Part shown: one piece after another, positions 9,299 to 19,700 of the stretch
Layout of the letters: the number at the start of each line of letters is the position of its first letter
How positions within the stretch are numbered: position 1 is the first letter of the stretch
Virus record (IMG/VR): IMGVR_UViG_3300017761_007387
Coordinates: 1-49,894 of that record
Origin: a virus
Taxonomy: Duplodnaviria > Caudoviricetes
DNA: 49,894 nucleotides
Reading direction: 5' to 3' (one strand)
The notes under the pieces: model-generated
The model's input: the letters and a program-made list of their open reading frames with translations, nothing else
What the model was told of the DNA's origin: nothing
Databases searched by the model: none
Translations under genes and position numbers: made by a program

Positions 9299-12200
9299 CT
9301 CGGCACCACCAAGCTTCCATTGGTAGTAGAGGGCTCAATAGAGCAAATTAGCTTGCAGAAAGCCATGCGTCCCTCTGACATCTTACGCGGCGCCAATTTG
9401 ATTGTGGTCACGCCATTCACCTCTTTCTTCTCAAGAATGCCTTTCAGCAAGTACTTATCAATGACTGGATCTTGAGTGAACGGCTTATCAATTCCATCAG
9501 CCGCTGTAACCAGTTCAAACTCGTCGGGATCAATCAACAAGTGAATTACTCTATCGAACAGCTTAGCCTTGAGAATCGTGTCTCTCATGTCTTCTGCACT
9601 GAGAAGCCTTGTTGCGTAAGCATTTCTAACGCTGTTCAGAAACTCTGCATCAACTTCCGTGAAGCCTTCAACTTTGGCTGCCCTCTTGGCATTCGATTCA
9701 GAAGTTATGTCAGCAGCGCTACTGTAGAACTTTGCCCTAGAAGAACCTGCTGGTGCAAGATCGGCAGATATCGAAGCAAGCGCGGCCGAGACGTTGCCTG
9801 CGTACTTATTGAGGTTCACTCCAATCTTATTTGATACGGACGGGAAAGTATCTTCGTTCAAGTCAACGCCTGTCAATAGCTTGTAGTATAGCTCGAGAAG
9901 GAAAGATGCAGCAGTGTTTGAGAAGGCATCATAGTCCGACTGCTGGGGCGTCGCTCTTATGGTGGTGTCAGATTTTACAAGTTTTGGACTTGTGCTCGGC
10001 ACTTCCTTGACTTCGAAATTGCTGTAGAAGAAACTGGTCTGATTTACCACTGACTCAAAGCTTCCAAAATCTTTGACAGTATCAAATCCATCAGGTCCTA
10101 TGAAGAGCTTAGCATTGAAGTTGTAGAACTTTGGCTTGAAGACAAGATCACTGAACTCTATATCAGAAAGTCTGACTCCGATAGAGAACTTGTCAGAGAT
10201 CTCAAGATTTCTAAGCATTCCAACAGGCACGCCGACCGTAATTGCTCGAAGGTTCAGCCCTTCTGGCGCCCTTATGGATTTATTTGAGGCCATAGCCTGT
10301 ATCGACCTCTTTTCTTGATTGGATACAACAGCATTTGCTGGTATGTAACCATATCTTGGATTTCCAGATTGCCGTCCGAGCGATATCTTCTTCAACAGAA
10401 GCTGCTCTGGATTTAGATTCTCGAGTATGTCTAAGCCTGGATTTCCTTTGGCCGCGAGCTGTGTGACGAGAGTATAGAGGGCGTTTTCGTCATCATTTCC
10501 ACCTGTGAACGCGTCTATCATGTTCTCAGAGAAAGTCTTAGTGCGCTGGCCAAATACTTGGATTATAGAGATGAGTCCTCGTAGTGAAGAGTCATCATCG
10601 TAGAGAGAGATTATCGTGTTCTTCAAGCTCTCAATCAGAAGCAGCGTCCTCTTGTCTTGCGTACCCAAACTTATGTTCTGATAAGTTGTTGGACTTGAAG
10701 ATAGGAATGCGTTTATTACAGATGGAGCTAACGTGAAGTAGGTGCTATAGTCGTTGGCCTTCGATGTAGATTTAGAGACCGTACCAGCAATCTCGTTCTT
10801 GTCAACGGCAAGAAATCCATAGTGATAATCCAGAACAGCCCCAGCAGGATTTTCAGTGACCTTGTAATACTTCGCCTTCAGCATCTTAAAGTTGGAGAAC
10901 ATTATGCTACTGTGCACCTTGAGTATGCCGGCAAATATCTTCTCAGTCGGCATGCCGCTCATCCAAGTTTTTCCAAGAGTGCCTCTCTCAATTTTAGACA
11001 CAAAGACTTCGAGAGTTGGAATCCAGAGATTGGCTTCAAAATTGCTGGACCAAGTTCTATACGTCAAATTAGAGTACGGCGCAGGAGCATTTTCGCTGGA
11101 GAGAGATACCTCAGAGTCTCCAGTGTATGGCCACTTAGAGTCTTCTGGAACAAGAGATTCGATGATCGAGAATCTGGATAAAAGGCCATTGATGACTTTC
11201 ATACCGAACTCTATGACCTCAAATAGAACAATCTCTTCGAAGAGCACAGCATAAGTGTCGAACGACGTGAACATTGTGACAAAATTTCTCATGTCAGATT
11301 CGACTGTTATATTTGTCTCAGGGTCAAAATTCTGAGAAGTTCCCTTTGCTGCGGCAGCGCCGGTAAATTTTATCTGTTTGGTCACAGAGAGCTGCTCTTT
11401 GGATGTTAGCCAGCTCCTGAACAAAGATTTTGCTCGATAGAGATTACTGGTATTTGTGAGACCCAGGATGGAACTTCCTGTCGTAGGTGCTATGCCTGCC
11501 AGTGCGGCCGCAGAACCAACTGATGAGACAGTTCTAGCCGTGTTCAGAAAACCAGACTTATAGTCAGCCACAAATGCGCTGAGTATTTTTGCTGCATCAT
11601 CAGGCCTATCTCTCATGAAGACATGAGCAATGCAAATTGCGTAATCTACCATCTCCTGGTCTGATGTCAGTTTTGTTGCATAGAGCGCCGTGTTGAGCTT
11701 TGTTGCAAGACTATTATTGAGCTGCTTGAGAACTTCCTGGAACACTGAGACTGGAGAGAGCCTCTGTCCTGCAGCAAATGATGTCGCTGAGGCGGACTTT
11801 GCTTTAAATCTTGGAAAGTAGAGCTGAGAGTGTATCGAGGCAGAGTCTATACAAGATCCATAGAATGCTCTGGCATAGGCGCTATACTCTCCAAAGTTTA
11901 ATGGAGTCTTTGGCTTAAATGCAGTATTAACCAAATTGACTGCAGGCTGGTACGTCTTTGAGTTGTAAGTCCTGATGCCATCTTCAAGAAGCAACAATCC
12001 AGCATCTGGAATGTCAATTCTTCCGACTAAAGAATCTATTTCATATAGATTTGTCAGTGGTATCGAGCTCTTTCCCTTCAGCGAAATGTCAAGAGAGGCT
12101 GACTCATCGAACCAAGAGTCAACGCCGTATATCTTTTCGAAAACTGAAAAGTCTGGCACTGCTGTTGCGCTGAAGAACTCGTTTCCAACAATTGACTTAA

Positions 12201-13047
12201 ACTTAGAGTGCAGCTCTTTCTCCTCTCCGGTGTAGGAATTGACTTCAGATATCTTCAAGGAAGCTGCTAGTTCTCTTCCAACTCTTGTCGAGTAGTATGC
12301 TGCGCTGACCGTCGGTGTGTTTGCAGCTCCAAGATCCATATTGATCTGTCCAGAGATAAGATCTCTCTTTTTAGATCCAATGATTTTTGGAAAGCCAATT
12401 CTTGAGAATATGGATGCGTCAGCGAGAAGCTGCGCAAAAAGAGTGCTGGCCTCTTTTGCTAGTATTGCCTCATTTTTCTCGAACGCAAGATTCTCGGAGT
12501 ATATGCTCTGTGCTGGAGATCCAGATAGCGCAGGAACCAAGTAGTTCTGAAGGTGTGAGATGTAAGAAAATGCCTTTGAGCCATACTGCTTCATCAGATA
12601 AGCTGACTTCAACAGCTCTAGTTCTACTTTAGTTGATTGCAAGTTTCCGCTATAGATGTCAAGAACGTTTTGGTAGGCATCGGGATTGTTGCTTTTCAGG
12701 TCCTGCACCAACTTCCTAACACTCGAGAGATCGATATTCCTCTTTGTCGTCCTGACGTCAAACAAATTTCCAGCCAGAGTATTTTCTCCAGCATTGTACA
12801 GAGGCAAGAAATCGGACATTGCGAGAATCTCAAGCCTCGCGCTGCAGATCCCGTGAGCGAGAAGTGCGCGAGAATCTGAAGAGACATTGATGTCTATAGA
12901 AGTACCAGAGGATGGTTTATCCTGCACGTCCTGCGGCAAAGTCAGTAGCTTCACGGCTGCCTGCGGCCTGTAGTTTTTCTTTGACAAGCCGCTAGAAGCA
13001 CTCTGTGCTACAGGCGGCGCGCCTATCTTACTTGAGCTGGCTGGCAT
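9295..13047 (-). CDS. Large hypothetical protein (1250 aa), probably virion-associated
   Basis: Long ORF overlapping both neighbours in the structural block; no motif recognised. Confidence 0.6.
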   Translation of the reverse strand: MPASSSKIGAPPVAQSASSGLSKKNYRPQAAVKLLTLPQDVQDKPSSGTSIDINVSSDSRALLAHGICSARLEILAMSDFLPLYNAGENTLAGNLFDVRTTKRNIDLSSVRKLVQDLKSNNPDAYQNVLDIYSGNLQSTKVELELLKSAYLMKQYGSKAFSYISHLQNYLVPALSGSPAQSIYSENLAFEKNEAILAKEASTLFAQLLADASIFSRIGFPKIIGSKKRDLISGQINMDLGAANTPTVSAAYYSTRVGRELAASLKISEVNSYTGEEKELHSKFKSIVGNEFFSATAVPDFSVFEKIYGVDSWFDESASLDISLKGKSSIPLTNLYEIDSLVGRIDIPDAGLLLLEDGIRTYNSKTYQPAVNLVNTAFKPKTPLNFGEYSAYARAFYGSCIDSASIHSQLYFPRFKAKSASATSFAAGQRLSPVSVFQEVLKQLNNSLATKLNTALYATKLTSDQEMVDYAICIAHVFMRDRPDDAAKILSAFVADYKSGFLNTARTVSSVGSAAALAGIAPTTGSSILGLTNTSNLYRAKSLFRSWLTSKEQLSVTKQIKFTGAAAAKGTSQNFDPETNITVESDMRNFVTMFTSFDTYAVLFEEIVLFEVIEFGMKVINGLLSRFSIIESLVPEDSKWPYTGDSEVSLSSENAPAPYSNLTYRTWSSNFEANLWIPTLEVFVSKIERGTLGKTWMSGMPTEKIFAGILKVHSSIMFSNFKMLKAKYYKVTENPAGAVLDYHYGFLAVDKNEIAGTVSKSTSKANDYSTYFTLAPSVINAFLSSSPTTYQNISLGTQDKRTLLLIESLKNTIISLYDDDSSLRGLISIIQVFGQRTKTFSENMIDAFTGGNDDENALYTLVTQLAAKGNPGLDILENLNPEQLLLKKISLGRQSGNPRYGYIPANAVVSNQEKRSIQAMASNKSIRAPEGLNLRAITVGVPVGMLRNLEISDKFSIGVRLSDIEFSDLVFKPKFYNFNAKLFIGPDGFDTVKDFGSFESVVNQTSFFYSNFEVKEVPSTSPKLVKSDTTIRATPQQSDYDAFSNTAASFLLELYYKLLTGVDLNEDTFPSVSNKIGVNLNKYAGNVSAALASISADLAPAGSSRAKFYSSAADITSESNAKRAAKVEGFTEVDAEFLNSVRNAYATRLLSAEDMRDTILKAKLFDRVIHLLIDPDEFELVTAADGIDKPFTQDPVIDKYLLKGILEKKEVNGVTTIKLAPRKMSEGRMAFCKLICSIEPSTTNGSLVVPR

Positions 13048-15389
13048 TATGTCTTACCTCTGAGCAGAGATCGCTCTGGAACACTTGCAATCCTATTCAC
13101 GACTATGTATTGCGATGGTGGCTTGATCGTTAAGCCCCTGAGCACAGGGGCAATTCTGTAAGAAACTTCCCCTATCTTACCAGAGTATTTTCTATCAGAG
13201 AACAAGTAGGGCTTTGACTCCTCAAATTTCTGCGGAGATGCTGTTCCTATGACGCGCTCAGTGCCATTGTGAAAAGCGAAAAGAATGAAGTGATCGATCT
13301 CAGTAACATCTCCACTTACATTCCAGCTGATGTAATTCGCGCTGTTTGCTTCATCTTGTTGCACGTCAAAGTCAGTGACGTTTGGCACCTGAATATTAGA
13401 TGGGACTTCAAGGGTAAGCTGCTTTCCAAGTCCTCCAATTTCGATGCCTTCTTCAAGAGAGTTTCTGAGAATCTGTTGCTGCGAAGGCACACATTCATCT
13501 CTATTGGTGGCGGCGCTTCGCCACTTCCTGAACCTGAAATTGTACGGATTTCCTGTACCGATATCTCTCTTCTTCACAACAGTGAGATAAGACACCGCGG
13601 CCGTATTCGACGCCAAGAGTCTTACCAGATATCGATACCCGTGAGATGGGTCACCGTTGAACCTCAGAGTCACATTTCCCGGCGTAAAGCTGTTAGGGAG
13701 GGTCTCGCTCTGCCCTGTCGTGGTGTTGATTCTCGTAATCTTGTAGCGGGTAGTGAAGGAGTACTGAGACTTGTTGTCCTCTCTTTCCTCGTCAAATTTG
13801 TCGCTGAGTCCCGCAGAAGTAATCTCATCTTGCAGTGAAGCTCCGACGCTGTTGGTCCTAGTCTCAGAAATCGCGATCTGGTGTGTTATTTGATCCTGTG
13901 CAGTGTTGGCACCAGCCAGCGCCAGCACAAAGTTGACATTGACGATCTGCTTATCCTCGACCAAGTGTCTAAATGGCACCTCAATCTTCTCAAGAACTTC
14001 AGCACCAAACGCCAAGAACCTGAAGATGTAGATGTAATCAGTGTTGTCAACAATCTGCTCATCGAATACGCTAGAGTTAGGTTCGAAAAGTCCAATGTCT
14101 ACTGAAGACGTGAACCCTTTCTGCCTTCTAGTGACTTTGATGCTGTCGACAAAGTCAGGAACGTTTTTGGTGACTATCCGTGCAGATGATTCGAAAAGCT
14201 CTACATAAGATTCAAGCTTTATGGACTCTCTCGATACTTTCCTTGCAGAAGGGATAGAGACGCAGGACATTATTCTTGCGTTGTTAGAGGTGAACGGGAG
14301 GTCCCTGACAGCCGTAACAATGTAACACCTTGATTCTGTCGGATTCCCAAAATCAATTTTACTGGTGAGTCTTGTGTCAGATTTTGACGTAAGAACACCG
14401 CTACCAACCTTAGTCACAACAAAGCTCTGATTGACGTAAGCGCGTTGCTCAACCAGATACTTTACATCGAATGGATTTTTATTGGTAACTCTTACGATGT
14501 CTCTACCACGAGATCCAGCAGCGGGTATGACCTCAAGCCCCAAGTCCTTTACTGCCAGACTGGTAGCCTCAATCTCTTTCCTGTTTTGGAATAAGAACCG
14601 GGTCTTGAGCTTGGCAACCCCCTTTCTGAAAAAGATCAGCTCAAGATAGAGTGCTCTCTTTGCCATAATTTCGAGAAGAGAATTTTCTAAGAGATTGTCA
14701 ATGGACATCCTGAACATGCAGGGCTTGTACTTTTGCTTTCTAGACTCTGACCTCAAGCGAAGCTCTTCTTCGCTTCCAACTTCAAGGAAATCGACAAGCT
14801 GCCTGATCTCTGGGCGACCAGCGGCAAGCTTTTTTGATCCGGTGGTCTGGAAAATTTCTGTCGGATGAATGGAGAATGTAGTGAAGACATTCCGTGCAAT
14901 CTTGCTCACGCGCTGGTCGTCGTAGGAATAAGTGCTGGATCCTGTCGCTTGAGTTCCAGCCTTCACGACATCAACTGTCGGCAAGAAAAGTTCGTAATTT
15001 TCCTCATTGATGCGACCAGATCCAATCCCTGCGGTGACTGTGTCATCAAGAAACTGTGATGTCTTAACCGTAGTAGATGCTATCTGTATCCTCTTGCGCT
15101 CTTCTGCAAGAGTAGCTTTTGATCTCTGGATGAATCCTGTGACAGAGTTTACGACGCCGTCTGGCGTGGTGTCTTCAGTGAAGTAGTTGACCTTTGCCTC
15201 ACTGCGCTCTGTGATTCTCGCCTCAATCTCGTCGAACTCTTTTATTAGCGCAAGATGAGCGTTCATATACACTTGGAAGTTATAATCGAGGCGAAAGATT
15301 CCTGGGCTGGTCTCAAAGAGCGCGACGTTTACGAAGTCGCCCTGTGTGAACGTGAATTCATTCTGGTCGAGAATTTCGGGACTCAGCAT
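13047..15389 (-). CDS. Putative virion protein with FN3/Ig-like beta-sandwich segments
   Basis: FDEQIVDNTDYIYIF and ISWNVSGD...HFILF...FSDRKY...VSYRIAPV are FN3-like; TAATG overlaps with neighbours. Confidence 0.55.
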   Translation of the reverse strand: MLSPEILDQNEFTFTQGDFVNVALFETSPGIFRLDYNFQVYMNAHLALIKEFDEIEARITERSEAKVNYFTEDTTPDGVVNSVTGFIQRSKATLAEERKRIQIASTTVKTSQFLDDTVTAGIGSGRINEENYELFLPTVDVVKAGTQATGSSTYSYDDQRVSKIARNVFTTFSIHPTEIFQTTGSKKLAAGRPEIRQLVDFLEVGSEEELRLRSESRKQKYKPCMFRMSIDNLLENSLLEIMAKRALYLELIFFRKGVAKLKTRFLFQNRKEIEATSLAVKDLGLEVIPAAGSRGRDIVRVTNKNPFDVKYLVEQRAYVNQSFVVTKVGSGVLTSKSDTRLTSKIDFGNPTESRCYIVTAVRDLPFTSNNARIMSCVSIPSARKVSRESIKLESYVELFESSARIVTKNVPDFVDSIKVTRRQKGFTSSVDIGLFEPNSSVFDEQIVDNTDYIYIFRFLAFGAEVLEKIEVPFRHLVEDKQIVNVNFVLALAGANTAQDQITHQIAISETRTNSVGASLQDEITSAGLSDKFDEEREDNKSQYSFTTRYKITRINTTTGQSETLPNSFTPGNVTLRFNGDPSHGYRYLVRLLASNTAAVSYLTVVKKRDIGTGNPYNFRFRKWRSAATNRDECVPSQQQILRNSLEEGIEIGGLGKQLTLEVPSNIQVPNVTDFDVQQDEANSANYISWNVSGDVTEIDHFILFAFHNGTERVIGTASPQKFEESKPYLFSDRKYSGKIGEVSYRIAPVLRGLTIKPPSQYIVVNRIASVPERSLLRGKT

Positions 15390-16297
15390 TACTCAAACAC
15401 CACGGTGAAGATATTGACAAAGTTCAGGTTCTGCGCAGAATCTCGATAGAGCTTTCCTGCGAAAAACACTTGCGGGAAAAGCTTACCATCGACCTCGAAC
15501 TGTCCAGCATCAATTACGGCCAGCTTTGTCAGACCCTCTTTGTTGTGCTCAAACATCTGAGCGACCAAATTGTTTGACAAGCTAGTCTGATAGAATGAGA
15601 TCTCGGAGTTCTGCTTGCCCTGCAAGTATGTCTGCAGCTCTTCAAATGTGTCAAGTGGATCTTCATTTATCTGTGTGTAAGTAGCCATGACTTGAGGCGA
15701 GATTGACTCATCGATCGGACGATCAAGAGGGGGTAGGAATTTGTAGTTGCCCAAGTTTCCGAACCTGTAGTCCTGAAAGATGCTCTCAATATCGTCAACG
15801 TAAGCTTTTACGACACCACCGCTCTGTGAGATGAAGTCTTTCGTAATGTAGAAAGCAGAGTTTGAATTTCCTACCGCAAACGAATATTCGATTCTTTGTC
15901 TCAGAGTGTCCCTTGAGCCGATTATTCTTTGCCTCTGGAAGTTCTCTATCGAAGTGCTGGAAACGCTCTCGTATACTTGGACGGCAGCGCTCTGAGACAT
16001 TGCAGTGGCTGGCACCTTACCGTTTGTCAGATTATAGTCTGGCGTCCTGAATGCGACCATGTCCCCATCAAAGTCCGTCTCAGGGATGATGGCATCATTA
16101 TCGTTTGAAGACGCTTCAAAGTAGATCTTGCCACCTGGGTCCTCCAGGTATCCCTCAGAGTCCTTGGAGTACACAAAGTTTGCGTCCGTGAAGCTGATGA
16201 ACTTTGCTTGCAGCCTCCCTGACGCGATCTGCCTTCGTCCATCATTTGTTATGATGGCGTCAATGACCCTTGATTTGTTATCGAGTATGCCAGCCAA
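15389..16297 (-). CDS. Virion structural protein, N-terminal paralog of 6796-7518 (TTG start)
   Basis: GILDNKSRVIDAIITNDGRRQIA aligns with GFLDHSTNNIIIDAVLTDKGRQLLA; GAGG and ATACTTA upstream. Confidence 0.65.
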   Translation of the reverse strand: MAGILDNKSRVIDAIITNDGRRQIASGRLQAKFISFTDANFVYSKDSEGYLEDPGGKIYFEASSNDNDAIIPETDFDGDMVAFRTPDYNLTNGKVPATAMSQSAAVQVYESVSSTSIENFQRQRIIGSRDTLRQRIEYSFAVGNSNSAFYITKDFISQSGGVVKAYVDDIESIFQDYRFGNLGNYKFLPPLDRPIDESISPQVMATYTQINEDPLDTFEELQTYLQGKQNSEISFYQTSLSNNLVAQMFEHNKEGLTKLAVIDAGQFEVDGKLFPQVFFAGKLYRDSAQNLNFVNIFTVVFE

Positions 16298-16314
16298 TCA
16301 CAGCCTCACGTAGC

Positions 16315-16321
16315 TAAGTAT
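16315..16321 (-). promoter_or_regulatory. Putative late promoter motif ATACTTA
   Basis: Intergenic, 17 nt upstream of the start at 16297. Confidence 0.6.
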
Positions 16322-16348
16322 GAAACTAGCAAACTTTCAAGAGATTTC

Positions 16349-16666
16349 TCAGCCCTTGCTGTTCTTGTCAAGCTCTGGAATCTCAGCCAAAATTTCTTCG
16401 TATGCAGAAGCCTTCCCAAACTCAAAGTCTCCACTTGATTTTAGGCTATGGGGAGCGACAAGAGACTTTGCCATAGCACTGTTTAGGGCCTCAGCAAGAA
16501 CCTTACAAGCGTCAGGATAATCAAGTCCGTTGACTGAGTTCAGTGCTTGATCGCAAAGAGAGTAGATCTCTTGGAACGCGGCAGATGACCGGCGAGCGGC
16601 GACATAATACTCTTGGCTTGATACTGAAGATTCTTGTCTCAGCTTAGCGACTTTCTCTCTATTCAT
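16349..16666 (-). CDS. Small hypothetical, probably helical protein (105 aa)
   Basis: AGGAG SD upstream of ATG; fills the gap between two structural blocks. Confidence 0.65.
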   Translation of the reverse strand: MNREKVAKLRQESSVSSQEYYVAARRSSAAFQEIYSLCDQALNSVNGLDYPDACKVLAEALNSAMAKSLVAPHSLKSSGDFEFGKASAYEEILAEIPELDKNSKG

Positions 16667-16711
16667 ATGGACTCCTGAGCTATAGTAGTCGGAACTGGTC
16701 TCAGATTTAGG

Positions 16712-19700
16712 CTATACTGAGCCCGACGGATAGTCTCTATTCCTTGGAACATCATCATCGAAGAATGGCAAGGAGGAGGTAGCGTACAGGCTGATGTTGC
16801 TGCTCTGTGTGTTTATTGGACTTCTATTCGTGAGCCCAGTCGGATTCTCGTGGACTGGCTCCCTGAACTTCACGGTGACTGGGAACCTGACTGGTGCTTC
16901 CTTCTTGTTTACTCTCTTGAGCTTGTTTACTCCGCTCTTGGACCTCTTTGGTTCAAAGATGTTTGACTTATTCTCTGGCTGCTCGATCAATAGCGCAGCG
17001 TACTGCCTCTGCTCAAGCATGTCTCTCATTTGACCATATCTTGTTGATCTGTATACTGCTGAAGTTCCCATGGGATTTGCACTGATCAATCCATACTTGA
17101 ATCCGGCAGGCTTTTCAATTAAGTAAGTTGGAGATCCAGAATAGTCTCTTCTTAGAAGAGGAACATGAATTCCATATGGACCATTTCCAACTCCAAAGAA
17201 AAAGATGTTTCTGCCGGCAGAAGTCATGGAAGCGTATTGATTAGTGCCAAGAATTCCAAATGAATATCTTTCTTCAGCAGTCTCACTGTTCCCTCTGACG
17301 CCTCTTATCATATTAAAATCTTGACTGTACATTACGCCGCCGTGGCGATCTTTAGAATTGTATATTTCGCTAGCGTTTGAAAGCTCGTAAGCCAAAACCT
17401 GAGTTGCAGTACTGGCATTTTCCTTTGTGATTCTTGCAGCGGAAGAGAACTTCGACTCAAACGGAAAACCTGTGAGCCAAAGCTTGTTTTCATTTTGATC
17501 TGCCGGGCTAGCACTAAACAGCGTAACATTATAGATGGAAAAAATAACTCCAGATGGATCTACTTGCAGCTGGGGAGAGTAACCATCTATCTTCCATAGA
17601 GCTGCAATGTCTGGAACAAAGCTGTCATAGTACTTTTCAACAGAATCATGGATACGATAGTTTCTTTGAAGGCTTCCCTCGTCTCCTGCAGTTCCAATGA
17701 CAGTATTGCCCTGCGATAGTCTTCTATTTTTAGAACTTATAGAGTCGTTTGAAAACCGAGGCCATCCAGTCTCTGGCACAGTCATTGATCCAGTTATGTA
17801 AATGGCTCTTGTTGAGAGACCGTATTCTTCTGATTTTTCAATTTCGAACTGGTCCAACACTGGGTTGTCGTAGTGCAGAGATGAATGTATGGCATCAGTA
17901 GTCAACTGCTGTGCAAACGGTGCACCATAAGCTTCTTGGTTCTTAAGGTACCTACCCTTGATAATGAGCTTTGCCTCTTGTACGGGGATCTCAAGATAGG
18001 ATCCGGTAGACCAAGTTGGATATGGTCCTCCAAAGAATAGCGCTGCTTCAGGAGCAGATGGCAGAGCTTCAATACCAAGCACAAGATTGTCTCCTGGGAA
18101 CAGGAGGTATTTGGTGTCTAGATTGACGAATGCAGTCGGATCAAACCTTCTTGTTGGAGGATCATTTTCATGCACAAACCCATTTGGTGTGTAAAGAGCA
18201 ACAAAATTTCCTTTAGTTGGAGCGTAAGGGAAGCCAGTTCTGTTGCTGGGGACAGTGTCATTAAAAAACGAGTAATTAGAATCGTAACTCAAATCAAGCG
18301 AATCAATACTTCCAGTTGGAGTTCCGATAGCTGAGTAGCCAGGTACACCGGAAATATCAATATCAAGAGTCTGCCCTAAATTTGCAGTGCTGCCTCCCCA
18401 GACGGCTGGAGGAGTATTAAAACAAGCGATAGGTCTTAACAGACCTGCAGGAGCAACCCTTGGCGAGAGATCAATAGAAGTGTTAAAATCTCTCCTAACA
18501 GAAACTGACTGCTTGGGATCCACTACTCCATACTCATGCGCTACTGCAAAGTCCGAGTAGTTACCAAACCATTCTTGGCTTGATGTGACATAAGTTTTCG
18601 GGATCGAGTAAGAAAATGGACCATAAGTGTCACCAAGTGATCCTGACCACTCAGCTCTGGAGTTCCACGATAGAACACTTTTAAAGCCTATGATTTCTCT
18701 ATAGGAGCTAGAAACCAAGTTTCTAACTGGAGTGTCTGCTCTTTCTCTAGTTTGCCTAAGCAAAAAGAAGGTATAAGCATCAGATGGAAATGCTTGAGAC
18801 ACCTCACCATCAAAATTTTTGACCATCGACCCCGATATCTCAAGCTTTATGTCCTCTATGAGGAACGCTCTGTTAATGAACTCAGACATGTCTAAGATGT
18901 AGCTGGAAGTCGCGTACAGCCTTATGTTGGCTGGACCGCCGTACCTTGTCGTCGGCTGGCCAATATTCATGTAAGAAGATGTGACCCAAGAATCTGAGCC
19001 GCTAAGAGTTCCAAATTGCGCAAATGATAGAAAGTCAGAATCCTGCGAGAGAAACATGCCCAATCTCTTTCTTGCGACTGCAAAGAGACCATTTGGATTA
19101 AAGTCTGCATCTTCTGTACTTGATGCAGTGTAAATGAGCACATTTGATCGAAGAGGGTCCCTGTTGCCAATAATGTCGAATCTTTTTGTGTTGAGATTGT
19201 AGTAGAACACACCAGTTGAAGTTTCGCCGAGATACCCTGGAAAACTTCCAGTTATAGATCTTGTGAGCTTCTTTTCTGAAGAAATAGGCAAAGTAAGTTC
19301 AAGAACTAAATCGTCGCTATTTGTTTGGACCCGTGTTTCATTGAACGGTGAAAAGAAGATGTTGAAGTACGTGTTGATATTGTAGGGGTCATCATCTTTG
19401 ATATCTGGCTGGAACTCAGAGTAGACACCGGCACCGTCGCCAGAGTTCACAGTCATTTGAGGATGCGTATTGGGAGTCAGGACCGTCTTTGCGCGCAGAT
19501 CAGCGTCCACTGTTGGTATCATCGACGGGTAGTCAAATGTTAGTGGCCTACTTGATGTCTGGAACACTCGAGTGGTGGCTTGATCATCATATGGGATGCT
19601 ACTAGAGATGATTCTCCGGTCTATAGACGGCCAATCTATCGTCGGTAGAGTCGTCTGATTGTCTCTTGCTCTGATCACATTTCTAGGAGAGTCGGAGACT

